A stretch of 64,000 bases of DNA from an uncultured delta proteobacterium (GCA_963736855.1 CAVTQK010000023.1:64001-128000), one strand, 5' to 3'; positions 41,092 to 51,591 are shown, counted from the first letter of the stretch. Notes: generated from the sequence alone by a model not told the origin. Numbers and translations are program-made.

Positions 41092-41856
41092 ATGATGATT
41101 CAAGACGTATCGCGAAAAGATCTGGGTAATGAGGAGTTTTTAAGTCTCAGACAGGCGACCGACAAGATTGCCGGGTCTCTTAAAAAGCGCCTTACGGCGC
41201 ACCTGTCGGTATTAAAACCGCTGTTTATTCCTCGAAAACTGCTGGGAACCTACATTCAAAGCGCCTCAAGCGATGATGTGGTGGGTTCGGATAAAGCCTT
41301 TGCCAGGCTTCAGCAGTTATACGCCGCGATCAGCGAAAATCCCTTTGGATTGCGCAAGAAATTGGTTCCCCCGCTGCCGGCAATCTCCAATCAGATAGAA
41401 TATGTCCCTTTTCAATATACGGTTCAATTCAGTGAGGAGGGGGTAAAAACGGTAACCATTACCTCTCCCACGCGATATATTCTATCTTACGAGAGCAAAT
41501 GCCCCATCAACCGGCTCAAAGGGATGGTCTCCGGAACGGAATCCCGACACCCTGAAGACCTGAAACAGTCCCTGATCAATCATCTATGCATGGGAATTAT
41601 GCTCGAACAATTTCCCGAGTTAAAAGAACTTCTTCAAGATCTGAGATACGATGTTGAAATCCGAAAAATCGATGAGCTGGGCGGTCTGCCCGTGGTGATC
41701 CTATCCGTTCCTTTGAAAACCTTTCTCCCTTCCGACGAATTTATTATCCAGGTCACTCAACTTTCGGGAGTTCCGGCTTTTCAAGAGATCATCGACCTGG
41801 ATGCTGTTGAAAACATGGGTGATCCGCTGAAAGACATCCTGAGGCAGAACATTTAG
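41092..41856 (+). CDS. Hypothetical protein within the T6SS accessory region
   Basis: 254 aa ORF with RBS and globular composition. No motif recognised. Confidence 0.7.
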   Translation: MMIQDVSRKDLGNEEFLSLRQATDKIAGSLKKRLTAHLSVLKPLFIPRKLLGTYIQSASSDDVVGSDKAFARLQQLYAAISENPFGLRKKLVPPLPAISNQIEYVPFQYTVQFSEEGVKTVTITSPTRYILSYESKCPINRLKGMVSGTESRHPEDLKQSLINHLCMGIMLEQFPELKELLQDLRYDVEIRKIDELGGLPVVILSVPLKTFLPSDEFIIQVTQLSGVPAFQEIIDLDAVENMGDPLKDILRQNI

Positions 41857-41927
41857 CACGAATAGTTCATGAAATTTTTCAATGATAATCAATTTAAGTT
41901 ATCTTTGACCGCTTGAAGCACTTTTAA

Positions 41928-43508
41928 CTACCACAACAGGGACAGCTCCACCTTTTCACCCGACGGCAAGATTTGACGTGACGGTGTGAGAATAATTCGA
42001 ACGGGTATTTTCCCTTCAGAATCAGGCTTACCGGTATCAATTTCCAGCATTTCAGGTTCCGGATTTCCGCGATGCTCCCAAAAAAGCCGAAACGCCTCTC
42101 TGATTCGGCCTTTAAGCGTGGCCGATTCGAGCCCTTCCTCAAATTTATCCTGACACCACAGTATCAATCGGGTCACGAGTCCTACCAAGAGCTGGTAATC
42201 GACCGGGGTCCTTCCAGTCGTTACCGCCGAAGGTAAAAACACGAAGTCGCGTCCGCTCACCCCGGCCATGGGCATGATTCCGGCTTTCACCATCTGGTCA
42301 ATCCGATTTTCAGACAGTGCCGTTTCCGCGGGATGCGGATGACGGGGGTCGGTCATGTCAAGAGGCAGGTTTTCAAGGCTTCCCGACTTCATACCGACAA
42401 AACGGGTCGGCCATCCAGTTTGTATGACGCGTCGACAGATCAGGTTTCCTACCGCCCAAACCGGGCTGATCCATAGAGACCGACGCTCCGCAAACGACAC
42501 CTGCCGGGGTTTATTGTCCGGGCCATACGGATAACGAGCCAACAGGCAATTCCCGATAACCCCTAGCCATCGTCCCGCGGGAGAATCACCCAAGATTCGC
42601 CATTTGGCAAAAGATGCATCGTCCAGATGGTGGGGCAGAAATGTCAGCTTGTCCAAATCCTTCCAAGAATTGATCTGGAAAAATTTGGGCGTGATCCAAA
42701 CCATGGACGGGGCAAGTAGAGTTTCTGAAAATTCGGCAATTTTTTTCATCAAATCCAAACATCTTGGGGAACTGTCGAAAGGCATATCCACCAGAACCAG
42801 GGATGGCGGATCTTGCAGCTGTTGAGCCATCAAGAAGGATAGGTTCTCTTCCAACAATTCGGGTTCGCAAGGGAAAATGTCAATTTCAACCTGTCCATTT
42901 GTGCCCCCATGTTTCATGAGCAGTTCCAGGCCCCGCCAGGCCGCTTCCATTTGCCTGAACGGTTCATAGTCGAAAATATTCACCATGCACTGGCTAAGAA
43001 TTCTATCCAAGTCGGATGAAACCGTTCTGGATTCTAAAGGGGTCTTTGATCCATTTTCCGGCATCGCCACCATAGAAAGAATGCTGTCTATTTGTGAAGA
43101 CGTATCGTCACCCGGTTTCCGGGCAATATCTTTTTGCGGGGTCTGAACCTTTAAAGCCGGCAGGTCCGGCCAGGTTTGAAGACCTGTTCTTATCTGATTT
43201 TCGGATAACCCCTTTTTGCCGGCATCCGCCATAAAATCACTGGCTTCCTTGATTTGGCTCAGATATCGGTTGCTCTGAATAAGTCCGTCCGGCGTGAAAT
43301 CCTTTATTTCTTTGAATTGCAGATCCACGCTGCCGGCCGGGCATAATGTCTGCGGCATCGGAATGCGGAGTACAGGATTCAATATTTTCAGGGCCTCTGA
43401 AAGCTCTCCCTGACGGATCCGTAAAGTTTCACGGATACCCGTAGGAGCATCACCGGACAAAAATGTCGCCAACGCCAAGACTTTGAATGGAATATCGGGA
43501 ATCTCCAT
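41928..43508 (-). CDS. Divergent TssB-TssC fused sheath-like protein
   Basis: N-terminal IPFKVLALATF...FKEIKDFTPDGL (TssB-like), then FRQMEAAWRGLELL, LARYPYG, LWISP, LENLP (TssC-like). Confidence 0.8.
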   Translation of the reverse strand: MEIPDIPFKVLALATFLSGDAPTGIRETLRIRQGELSEALKILNPVLRIPMPQTLCPAGSVDLQFKEIKDFTPDGLIQSNRYLSQIKEASDFMADAGKKGLSENQIRTGLQTWPDLPALKVQTPQKDIARKPGDDTSSQIDSILSMVAMPENGSKTPLESRTVSSDLDRILSQCMVNIFDYEPFRQMEAAWRGLELLMKHGGTNGQVEIDIFPCEPELLEENLSFLMAQQLQDPPSLVLVDMPFDSSPRCLDLMKKIAEFSETLLAPSMVWITPKFFQINSWKDLDKLTFLPHHLDDASFAKWRILGDSPAGRWLGVIGNCLLARYPYGPDNKPRQVSFAERRSLWISPVWAVGNLICRRVIQTGWPTRFVGMKSGSLENLPLDMTDPRHPHPAETALSENRIDQMVKAGIMPMAGVSGRDFVFLPSAVTTGRTPVDYQLLVGLVTRLILWCQDKFEEGLESATLKGRIREAFRLFWEHRGNPEPEMLEIDTGKPDSEGKIPVRIILTPSRQILPSGEKVELSLLW

Positions 43509-43550
43509 GATCGGCCCCCTAAAAAGGGATAAAACCGGGGAAGCTATTCG

Positions 43551-44675
43551 TTATCCGACAATCCGTTGAATAACTATCATCAACCGGTTCCACCATTCTT
43601 TTAATACACCGGCGGTGCCTCCGTCCGATGCGCTGGTGTTGAAAAAAACCTGCCAAACAACTATCGAAACCACGATAACAAAAAGCCCGATTAGAAAAAA
43701 CAATAGACCGTGACCCCGCCGCTTGAATTCAGGAACCCCCGGCCAGGCAGCATTCGCTTTTTCTAATGGTTTTCGAGAATCTTCTTCCATGGGTCGGCCG
43801 GCAACTTCTGCCAAGCGCCCGCCGCTTAAAAATTGGAAAACCGGTCCTCGGGGACCCAAAGACAAATGACTGCCTGGGTGAAGAGGAGTCTGGGAGCTTA
43901 CGGGTAAATCGTTAATGGTGACTAAACCCTGACCCGTCAAATCCTTAACCCAATAATTGTTCTCATAAAAAAAGATTTGGATATGCCGGTCGATAATATC
44001 GGCATGGTTGATGATGAAGTTACAATCATCCTTTTTCCCCACAACCACCGGAAGCATCTTAAAAGACTGAATGGTGGGACCCAACTGAATTGTCAGAGGA
44101 GCTTGAATCCGTGCTTCGGCCGGATCCGGTCTCCGTGGCGGTTCCGCAATCCTGGAAGGCATCTGTTCAGCGGACACTTTTGACAGAAGCGATTGCTTGG
44201 GGAATGGGGGTGACGGCCGATCCGGCGTTTGTACCTTTATGTGGTCTTCGGGGGCCGAGGCCGGCAGAGGGGTTACAGGAGGCTTCAGGGAAAACGCCGA
44301 TGCGTCTTTATCAGGTGTACCCAAAGAAGGTACGGAATACTCAACACCGGCCTCTTTTATCTCGGTCAGAAAACTGATCTTTGGGCCGCCTTCTCCTATC
44401 GTGAGCACATCGCCGTTTTTTAAGAACGTCTCCTTGACCGCCTTCCCATTGACGAAACTCCCGTTGGTGCTATGATCAACGAGCTTGAACCGATTCCCCT
44501 CCCGAACGATTTCTGCGTGGTTCCGGGAGATGAGGGTCAGGTCTTTAGGAAAACGTATTTGGCAATCGGGGTGTCTGCCGATTCGGATAACCGGGTCAGT
44601 GGACTCCTCGACTTTCCCTTTCAGGGGGCCGGCAATGTGAACGAGCTGAACGACAATGACCGGCTTTTCATGCAT
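43551..44675 (-). CDS. Double-FHA domain protein with Pro-rich linker and C-terminal TM
   Basis: FHA1 IGR...ISRNH...STNGS; degenerate FHA2 VGK...IDRH...DLTGQG; TM LLFFLIGLFVIVVSIVVW. Confidence 0.85.
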   Translation of the reverse strand: MHEKPVIVVQLVHIAGPLKGKVEESTDPVIRIGRHPDCQIRFPKDLTLISRNHAEIVREGNRFKLVDHSTNGSFVNGKAVKETFLKNGDVLTIGEGGPKISFLTEIKEAGVEYSVPSLGTPDKDASAFSLKPPVTPLPASAPEDHIKVQTPDRPSPPFPKQSLLSKVSAEQMPSRIAEPPRRPDPAEARIQAPLTIQLGPTIQSFKMLPVVVGKKDDCNFIINHADIIDRHIQIFFYENNYWVKDLTGQGLVTINDLPVSSQTPLHPGSHLSLGPRGPVFQFLSGGRLAEVAGRPMEEDSRKPLEKANAAWPGVPEFKRRGHGLLFFLIGLFVIVVSIVVWQVFFNTSASDGGTAGVLKEWWNRLMIVIQRIVG

Positions 44676-44963
44676 AATAATAGCATCCGAAAAGCAAAGT
44701 GGGATAAGAAACTCAGAATACACGTTCTGAATGACATAAAAAGTATAGCTTACAGTATGGCCATAATGTCAAGAAAATTCACCCCGATTTCGTCGGTTAA
44801 ATGAAAATATCATTGTCACCTTATATGGGTTATGCTATTTTATTTAAAATTACCAGATTCGTCCAGTCGCTCAACCGGCATCGACGGTATCCAATAAAGA
44901 TCGATTATCCAATTCAATCTCCATACCAATCGTGATGGTACAAAAGGGGAACCTGGACAGGTG

Positions 44964-45941
44964 ATGGGTAAAAGAAAATTTCTGAACACCATTTGGCTGC
45001 TTTCTATCTTTACTCTCATCACCCCTCTGAGGATACATGCCGGAACAAAAGAAAAAACATTCCCCTTACCCCGTGCTGCAGTCGAAGAAACCGTCATCTC
45101 ATGGCTGCAAGGATCCGGTTATAGCTTACAGGGTACCCATTTCGAAAAAGGTCTCACCGACATTTGGGCTGAAAAAGAGATGGAACGCTGGCATATCGTC
45201 ATTCAGCCGCAATCGGCCCTGGCCTGCCATGTGACCGCTGCCTGGACCGGACCCGACAACCCTAAAAACACTGATCCTTACAAGTCGTTATGGAACCGGA
45301 TATCAAACCACGACCAGCCTCCAAACCCGGATAACGACATGAACTACAAGGCCATCCCAAAGGAAGTGCGCTCCAGATTCGAGGCTGTTGTGCTCATTCG
45401 CATCGTCGGTGACGATGACGAAAAGCAAGTATCCGGGTTTTTCTTGGACGCCTATAAAGGACTGGTCATATCCACTGCCCATGACCTGATGGAATTTCAG
45501 AAAAGCACTATTGTCCTTTACAACGGTCTCGAAATCAATGGACAGGTAGTCTATTTGGATCAGCGCGTGGATCTTGCCCTCATCCAAGTGCAATTTACCC
45601 CAAAATCGGGTATTCTGTTGACAGAGAGCAGAAATCTGCTGAACTTGAGTGATCGGTTATATGCCATCGGTTATTCAACGGACCGTCGGTCTAAGGTGAC
45701 ACCCGGAATCGTCAGCGGGCCACCTCGGCGGGCCGACAGCCAGTTGTTATGGCAGGTGGAAATGAAAATTTTACCCGGCAACAGCGGCAGTCCGGTTTTT
45801 GATGAAAAGGGCCGCCTGGTGGCCGTGGTCAAGGGCCGGCATCGTGAAAAAGAATCGGTAGGTTTTTTAATTCCGCTGGAAACGGTTACTGCATTTATCA
45901 AGGCCAATATTGATTACGTTCAATTTAAAAAGCAAGACTGA
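44964..45941 (+). CDS. Exported trypsin-like (S1) serine protease
   Basis: Signal peptide; triad motifs STAH, VDLALI, GNSGSP. Confidence 0.9.
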   Translation: MGKRKFLNTIWLLSIFTLITPLRIHAGTKEKTFPLPRAAVEETVISWLQGSGYSLQGTHFEKGLTDIWAEKEMERWHIVIQPQSALACHVTAAWTGPDNPKNTDPYKSLWNRISNHDQPPNPDNDMNYKAIPKEVRSRFEAVVLIRIVGDDDEKQVSGFFLDAYKGLVISTAHDLMEFQKSTIVLYNGLEINGQVVYLDQRVDLALIQVQFTPKSGILLTESRNLLNLSDRLYAIGYSTDRRSKVTPGIVSGPPRRADSQLLWQVEMKILPGNSGSPVFDEKGRLVAVVKGRHREKESVGFLIPLETVTAFIKANIDYVQFKKQD

Positions 45942-45965
45942 ATATTCAACAACACGGTTAGAACC

Positions 45966-47666
45966 ATGAATGCCACCCAATACGGACGCTATCGCATCGT
46001 ATCCGAGCTGGGCAAAGGCGCCATGGGAATAGTTTATCAGGCCCATGACCCACAGATCGATCGAATGGTCGCTTTAAAGGTTCTTCGCCAGGACCGTGTA
46101 ATCGATCAGGGGTTTGTCCGACGTTTCCTTGCCGAAGCCCGGGTCATCGGCCGATTGTCGCATCCCAATATTGTTACGGTCTTTGATGTCGGTGAAGATC
46201 ACGGCACAATCTATATCGCCATGGAATTCCTTGAGGGACGTTCTTTGGATATGCTCATCCGGGAACAAACGTTCGGCTCGGAAAAAATCGTGGATCTGGG
46301 AATTCAGGTGGCCGACGCTCTGGATTACGCTCATCGGCAAGGGATTATTCATCGTGACATCAAACCGGGAAACATCATCATTACACCCCAGGGTCATGTT
46401 AAGGTTACGGATTTCGGGATTGCTCATATCGAGGGCACCTCAGACCATCAGATGACCCAGATGGGCGAGATTCTCGGCACGCCTATTTACATGGCACCGG
46501 AGCAGGTGGCCGGACAGCCGGTGGATGGCCGTTCCGACATCTATTCCCTGGGTGTCGTCCTTTATGAATTGGCTACCGGAAAGCGCCCGTTTGCCGGTGA
46601 TAATTTAGCGACACTGTTCAATGCCATTGCAAAAGAACAGCCGATAACCGTGTCTCAGCTGAACCCTAAAATTCCTTCAGCTTTTTCTGAACTGATCATG
46701 AAGTGTTTAAGCAAATCATCGGTGGAGCGATTTCAAAACGGTCAAAGCCTGTCCCAGGCATTAAAGGGATGCCTTGCGAACAGGCCGGGTCTTGCCACTC
46801 CGCTCAGTCAAATTCCAAAAAAGCGAAGAAACGGAATGTATGTACTTTCCGGTGTGGCCGTAATTGTATTGGTTGGGGTCTTGACCTTTTTCTTTATTTC
46901 GGATCGAACACCTCCCCAAAAACCCATTGCATCCAATACCCCGAAGACACCTGCCGAGTCACTGAAGATACCCGATGCAGAAAAGAGAAAACCGAGTCAG
47001 GTTATTTTACCGAAAGAGAAACCGATTGAGCAAGAACCCGTTAGCAAACTGGATGAAAAAAGCTTAAAAGAAGAACCCACCTTAAAAATGCCTTCCGGAA
47101 AACCAAAGCCGCTTCAGATAACGTCGACCCAAAAAATCGACACGCCTTCCCCGACACCGAAATTTGAACCGAGAAAAAGGATCCCCATCGTTGACCATCA
47201 AACGGAACAAAAACCGCAACGCTCAACCCTGGACGTCCAAACCACGCCAAAAGAGCTTAGCCCCAGCTCAACAGGGAAAGATGATAAAAACGACATACCA
47301 CGCGAATCCACACCCAGAAAACCTTCTGAAGGGGTAAAGCCGGTTCAAATCCCGGCAACATCCGAAACAGCATCAACTTCTCCGATACCAGCAAAAGCAG
47401 AACCCCAAAAAACCATCGCTGCCGTTGACCATAAACCGGAACAAAAAAGTGAGCCATCCACACTAAATATCCAGAGTGTACCCGAAGGTGCCGGCTTTTA
47501 TTTGAACGGCAAGTTTAAGGGAACGACACCGTACAAGGTGAATCTGCCCTATGGTAAATATGAAGTTCGAGTTGAATACGAGAATTATTACGATTGGGAA
47601 GCTCAGGTCAATCTCGATAAACCGGGAGAGACACCCCTTCGCATTCGACTGATCCCCAAGGACTAA
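45966..47666 (+). CDS. Membrane Ser/Thr protein kinase (PpkA/PknB-like) with C-terminal PEGA domain
   Basis: LGKGAMG, VALK, HRDIKPGN, DFG, YMAPE, a TM, a Pro/Lys-rich stalk, and SVPEGA...GTTP...LPYGKYEV. Confidence 0.93.
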   Translation: MNATQYGRYRIVSELGKGAMGIVYQAHDPQIDRMVALKVLRQDRVIDQGFVRRFLAEARVIGRLSHPNIVTVFDVGEDHGTIYIAMEFLEGRSLDMLIREQTFGSEKIVDLGIQVADALDYAHRQGIIHRDIKPGNIIITPQGHVKVTDFGIAHIEGTSDHQMTQMGEILGTPIYMAPEQVAGQPVDGRSDIYSLGVVLYELATGKRPFAGDNLATLFNAIAKEQPITVSQLNPKIPSAFSELIMKCLSKSSVERFQNGQSLSQALKGCLANRPGLATPLSQIPKKRRNGMYVLSGVAVIVLVGVLTFFFISDRTPPQKPIASNTPKTPAESLKIPDAEKRKPSQVILPKEKPIEQEPVSKLDEKSLKEEPTLKMPSGKPKPLQITSTQKIDTPSPTPKFEPRKRIPIVDHQTEQKPQRSTLDVQTTPKELSPSSTGKDDKNDIPRESTPRKPSEGVKPVQIPATSETASTSPIPAKAEPQKTIAAVDHKPEQKSEPSTLNIQSVPEGAGFYLNGKFKGTTPYKVNLPYGKYEVRVEYENYYDWEAQVNLDKPGETPLRIRLIPKD

Positions 47667-47686
47667 ATTTCTTTCAAGTCAGGAGG

Positions 47687-49675
47687 ATGACCATGAAAAC
47701 GTTAAGAAAATCGTTGGTGTTTTTGTTTTTAATCTGCCTGGCCGGTTCGGGACTTTTAGCAGCTGCCCAGGTTTCCGGACAGCCCGCTCCAGGATCGGCG
47801 GCGCCGGTTTTCACATTAAAGGATGTCTTTGGACGGCCATATGATCTTTCAAGCATGCAAGACCGGCCAATGATCATCCTCTATTTTTTTGATGCAACAT
47901 CCAAGGCGAGCCGAACCGGTTTGCAGCACCTCGATCAGTTGTCGCGAACCTATAAAGATGCGGAGCTGGTTGTTTGGGGGATCACCCGGTCCGCTGCAAG
48001 CCATGTGAACGATTTCGTTACCAAGGCCGATCTGCAATTTCCCGTTTTAGTCGATACAGAGAAAGTCAGCGACACATACCAGGCCTCGACCATCCTGCCC
48101 ACGGTGTATATTCTCGGTCCGAGATTTAAAGTCCTTGATATTTTTCAGGGAGGCGGAAAAACCACCGAGGTCATGTTGACTCGGCTGGCCTCCAGACAAC
48201 TGGATCGCAAACAGACGATGATGGCCAAGGCTATCAGCCGGGAAGTCGAGAAAAACGACCCCGGGAATGTGGAGGCTAAAACCATCATGGGATACGCCGC
48301 CCTTAAGGAACGTAACTTCCCCGAGGCGGAAAAGAACTTTAAGGAAGTTACCACCCTCAAAGGGGAGGGAGAAATTCTAGGAAAAGAAGGATTGTCCGCA
48401 GTTTATGCTCAAAAAGGCGAAACCGATAAGGCCCTGGCTCTGGCAACGGAAGTGGAAGGAAAAGCGCCGGATCGCGCCTATGTCAATGTGGTGAAAGGCG
48501 ACATGCTATACAGCCAGGGGAAAAAAGAAGCAGCCGCAGCCGAATACAACAAAGCGGTTAACAAACCAGAAGGCGAACCGTTCCAAAAGGCGGTTGCCCT
48601 CAATCAATTGGGTCGTATGCAATCCAACCAGGGTCATTATGACTCGGCCCGAAGTCTTTACGATCAGGCTGTAGAAATCAACCCTTATTACATTGAGGCT
48701 ACATCCAACAAAGGGGTCAGCTATCAAAAAGAAGGCGATTGGGCCAAGGCACATGAAGCTTTCAAGGCGGCTCTTGACCTGAGCAGGAATGATACCTATG
48801 CAGCCGTATTGGCAAAACAAAGCGAGGAAATGCTGGCGCTGCAAAAAGATTCGGCCAGAAGGGAAAGGGTCGATAAACTGGTAAAAGAGCTGGCCGAGCG
48901 TTACAAGAGCCAGAAGCCGATCTTCTTCGGAAAAAAAGATGAGTGGACGTCCCGACCCATGATCCTGACCTTTGTGGATATGCAGGAACAAGGTGCTCTG
49001 GCTCAAAGGGATGGAACTCCCGCTGTTTTAAGCAACTTATTAACCGGCCATTTGAACACTTCCGGCCGCGTCCAGGTAGTGGAGCGGGTCCTCATCGAAC
49101 GGCTTCTTGAAGAATTAAATCTGGGGTCATCGGACCTTGCCGATCCGGAAACGGCATTGAAACTCGGAAGGATATTGGCTGCCAAACTGATCGGTACCGG
49201 AATGATTGTTCACATGCCGGATAAAACGCTGTTGTCCATGAGACTCATCGATACCGAAACTTCCGCCGTTGCAAGGGTTTTCACCCGGAAGATGGATCCA
49301 TCCGCGCCCCTTGAGACGGAACTTAAAGCGCTGGATCAGGAGATTTTAAAGGCCGTCATCACCAAATATCCGTTGCGGGGATATCTGGTCCAGGTGGATA
49401 AAGATCGGGTAACGGTCAACTTGGGGACCAATCAGGGCGTTGTGATGGGCACTAAGTTCGAGGTCATCCAGTCGGGCAAACCCATCAAGTACAAAGGCAA
49501 AGAACTCGAAGGGCCGGCCCAGGTCATCGGTGAGCTGGAAGTGGTGGAAACCGGTCCGGATATGTCTTTTGCCACGGTTATTCAAGCCGACCGACCCTTA
49601 CAAAAAGACGACAGGGTAAAGGAAAAGCTGGAAGATGTGGTGGCGATGGAGGGAAAAGATGCGGCAAAAGAATAA
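47687..49675 (+). CDS. Exported redoxin-like + TPR + CsgG/FlgO-like + FlgT-C-like multidomain protein
   Basis: Signal peptide, APVFTLKD (redoxin), TPR helices, VQVVERVLIERLLEELNLG, VNLGTNQGVVMG. Confidence 0.75.
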   Translation: MTMKTLRKSLVFLFLICLAGSGLLAAAQVSGQPAPGSAAPVFTLKDVFGRPYDLSSMQDRPMIILYFFDATSKASRTGLQHLDQLSRTYKDAELVVWGITRSAASHVNDFVTKADLQFPVLVDTEKVSDTYQASTILPTVYILGPRFKVLDIFQGGGKTTEVMLTRLASRQLDRKQTMMAKAISREVEKNDPGNVEAKTIMGYAALKERNFPEAEKNFKEVTTLKGEGEILGKEGLSAVYAQKGETDKALALATEVEGKAPDRAYVNVVKGDMLYSQGKKEAAAAEYNKAVNKPEGEPFQKAVALNQLGRMQSNQGHYDSARSLYDQAVEINPYYIEATSNKGVSYQKEGDWAKAHEAFKAALDLSRNDTYAAVLAKQSEEMLALQKDSARRERVDKLVKELAERYKSQKPIFFGKKDEWTSRPMILTFVDMQEQGALAQRDGTPAVLSNLLTGHLNTSGRVQVVERVLIERLLEELNLGSSDLADPETALKLGRILAAKLIGTGMIVHMPDKTLLSMRLIDTETSAVARVFTRKMDPSAPLETELKALDQEILKAVITKYPLRGYLVQVDKDRVTVNLGTNQGVVMGTKFEVIQSGKPIKYKGKELEGPAQVIGELEVVETGPDMSFATVIQADRPLQKDDRVKEKLEDVVAMEGKDAAKE

Positions 49676-50174
49676 ACTGCCGTTAGCCGTTGTGATCGTC
49701 CTGGTTCTTGCCGGATGTGCGGGTGCGCCGCCTGTCCCCGAAAGTATGGATTATGGATCCGGGACGATCGTTGCCCTGTGGAACCTGGAAGACCTCAGTC
49801 CCGTTAAAAGCAGCCAACCGGAACTTGCGGAATTTATTTCCACATCAATTATCGAGACCCTCGAAAGCCGCTGTGAGTTTAGAATCGTTGAACGGGAAAA
49901 ATTGATTTTGGCCCTGGAAGAACTCCACATAGGGTCCAGCGAATTGGCCAGTGAAAGCACACGGCTGAAGATCGGCAGGATTTTAGGGGCCGAACTTATG
50001 CTCTTCGGCGCCTATCAGGTCATCGGTGACATCGTTCGCCTGGACCTGCGGCTCGTGGATGTGGAGCGGGGTCTCGTCGTTAAGGTCGCTTCCAGCGAAG
50101 TTGCCGCAAAGGATCTCGACGCCCGTCTCAAAGGGGTCGAAACAGCCGCAGCGGAGTTATGCGAATCCCCATGA
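49659..50174 (+). CDS. CsgG/FlgO-family lipoprotein
   Basis: Lipobox LAGC; IVEREKLILALEELHIG...KIGRILGAE...LRLVDVERG. Confidence 0.8.
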   Translation: MRQKNKLPLAVVIVLVLAGCAGAPPVPESMDYGSGTIVALWNLEDLSPVKSSQPELAEFISTSIIETLESRCEFRIVEREKLILALEELHIGSSELASESTRLKIGRILGAELMLFGAYQVIGDIVRLDLRLVDVERGLVVKVASSEVAAKDLDARLKGVETAAAELCESP

Positions 50175-50216
50175 TAGGGGATGCGCTGCTGATCGACCCC
50201 GGCCCTTTCCTCTCAT

Positions 50217-51591
50217 TCAAGAAGCCGATATTTGCTTCTCTGGAAAAAAGGAAAGCAATTTTATTTTTCGATTTAATCCACATGTAAAGAAAAAGGACTG
50301 TATGCCACTTAAAGGGTTGCCCGCTACATCCGAAAACCCTTCAAGGTTAAAAGTTATATAGATGGTGGACATTAGGGTGGTTAGTGATATGGGACACAGT
50401 ATGCATTAGTGTTTTCCATGACATGATAAGTGCTGTATTATTGTTCTCCCATGCTGGTATTACCAATATGTCCAGCCTGAAATCACGGTCTGGTACGACC
50501 CTGCCTGCGGATGAATTCATGGCTTCTGAAAAATAAAATACGATTTGTTGCTCAATTCTGCTGTAACACCCTATTGTGCTACCAGCCGATGGAGAAGTTC
50601 CCGTCACTGTCGGAGGTGTGGTGTCGGTCGGAGGCGGCGGCGGTGGATTATCCTCCTCTTCTTCATCATCCTTTAGAGCCGTCGCCGCATAATATCCGCC
50701 TGCACCGACGGCTGCCAAGCCGAGGATTACGGCCGCGGTCTTTCCCGCTCCGCCTGATTTCGGTTCGATCTTGGCTTCCGGGGTCGATTCTTTAGGCTTT
50801 GGTGTTTCTGCGCTTTTGGATGTAAGTCCCAGCGTGTTGATCTCGTTCAACGCCTCCTTGGCCGGCACCAGGTTCGGGTCTTTGGCCAATGCCTGGTTAT
50901 AAAGGTCGGCAGCCTGAGCATAATTTCCGTGATCGCTGGCATCGATTCCCTTGAATAACAGCATCAAGGCCGGAATGCTGGCGGTAACGGGCTTTTCCAG
51001 TTCCGCCTTCTGATCCGGGGTCAATGTAATGTCCATGAGCCGGACAATCTCAAACAGGATCTGTTTTTCAATGGCAATCAGATCCTCCAGATTGCCTTCA
51101 GCGGCAGCCTGGTTGACGATCTTTTGATTGGAGACATTCAAAAGCCTGGGATCAACCCGCAACTGGGTGGCTTTTCCCTTAAGGATATCCCCGCCGGATA
51201 AAAACCGGGCCCCCACCAGTTTTCCTATCCTCGGAACGGTTTCCTTATCCACCAGACCCGTTTTGCCCAGCTCAATCTCCTCCAATATGGCCTGAAGCCT
51301 GGCCCTCTCCACGACCTTAAAATCTTTTAACTTGGCAAGATCGGTTGTCAGCATGACCGATAACCCCTTTTGAAGGGGATTATAGGACTCGTTGCCGGTT
51401 AAATTCTGGTAATACAGGACGGCAACGGATTTGGATGAAGGAACGGCAGGGAGCGATTTTTCATTGGCAATGGCTTGTTTGGCCCACTGAGTTATGTCCT
51501 TGGTGACGACTTGTCCCGTAAAACCTAACCCCGGATGGAAAAGTCCGATGAATAAAAAAAGGCCGATAGTCCCCAGAGCTGTTTTTTTCAT
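50217..51591 (-). CDS. CsgG/FlgO + TPR + Ig-like (Big_5) exported protein, probable frameshift at about 50360-50430
   Basis: VVERARLQAILEEIELG, a TPR, DTTPPTVTGTSP...FSEAMN. The Ig end motif SDVAGNPLSGIQSFFFT is in the adjacent frame, which stops at 50217; the annotated frame stops at 50347. Confidence 0.7.

Noticed and set aside
46900..47470. Repeat GTTGACCAT..A.CGGAACAAAAA in the kinase stalk
   Set aside because: Only two degenerate copies, coding VDH..EQK...STL; an intragenic duplication, not an array.
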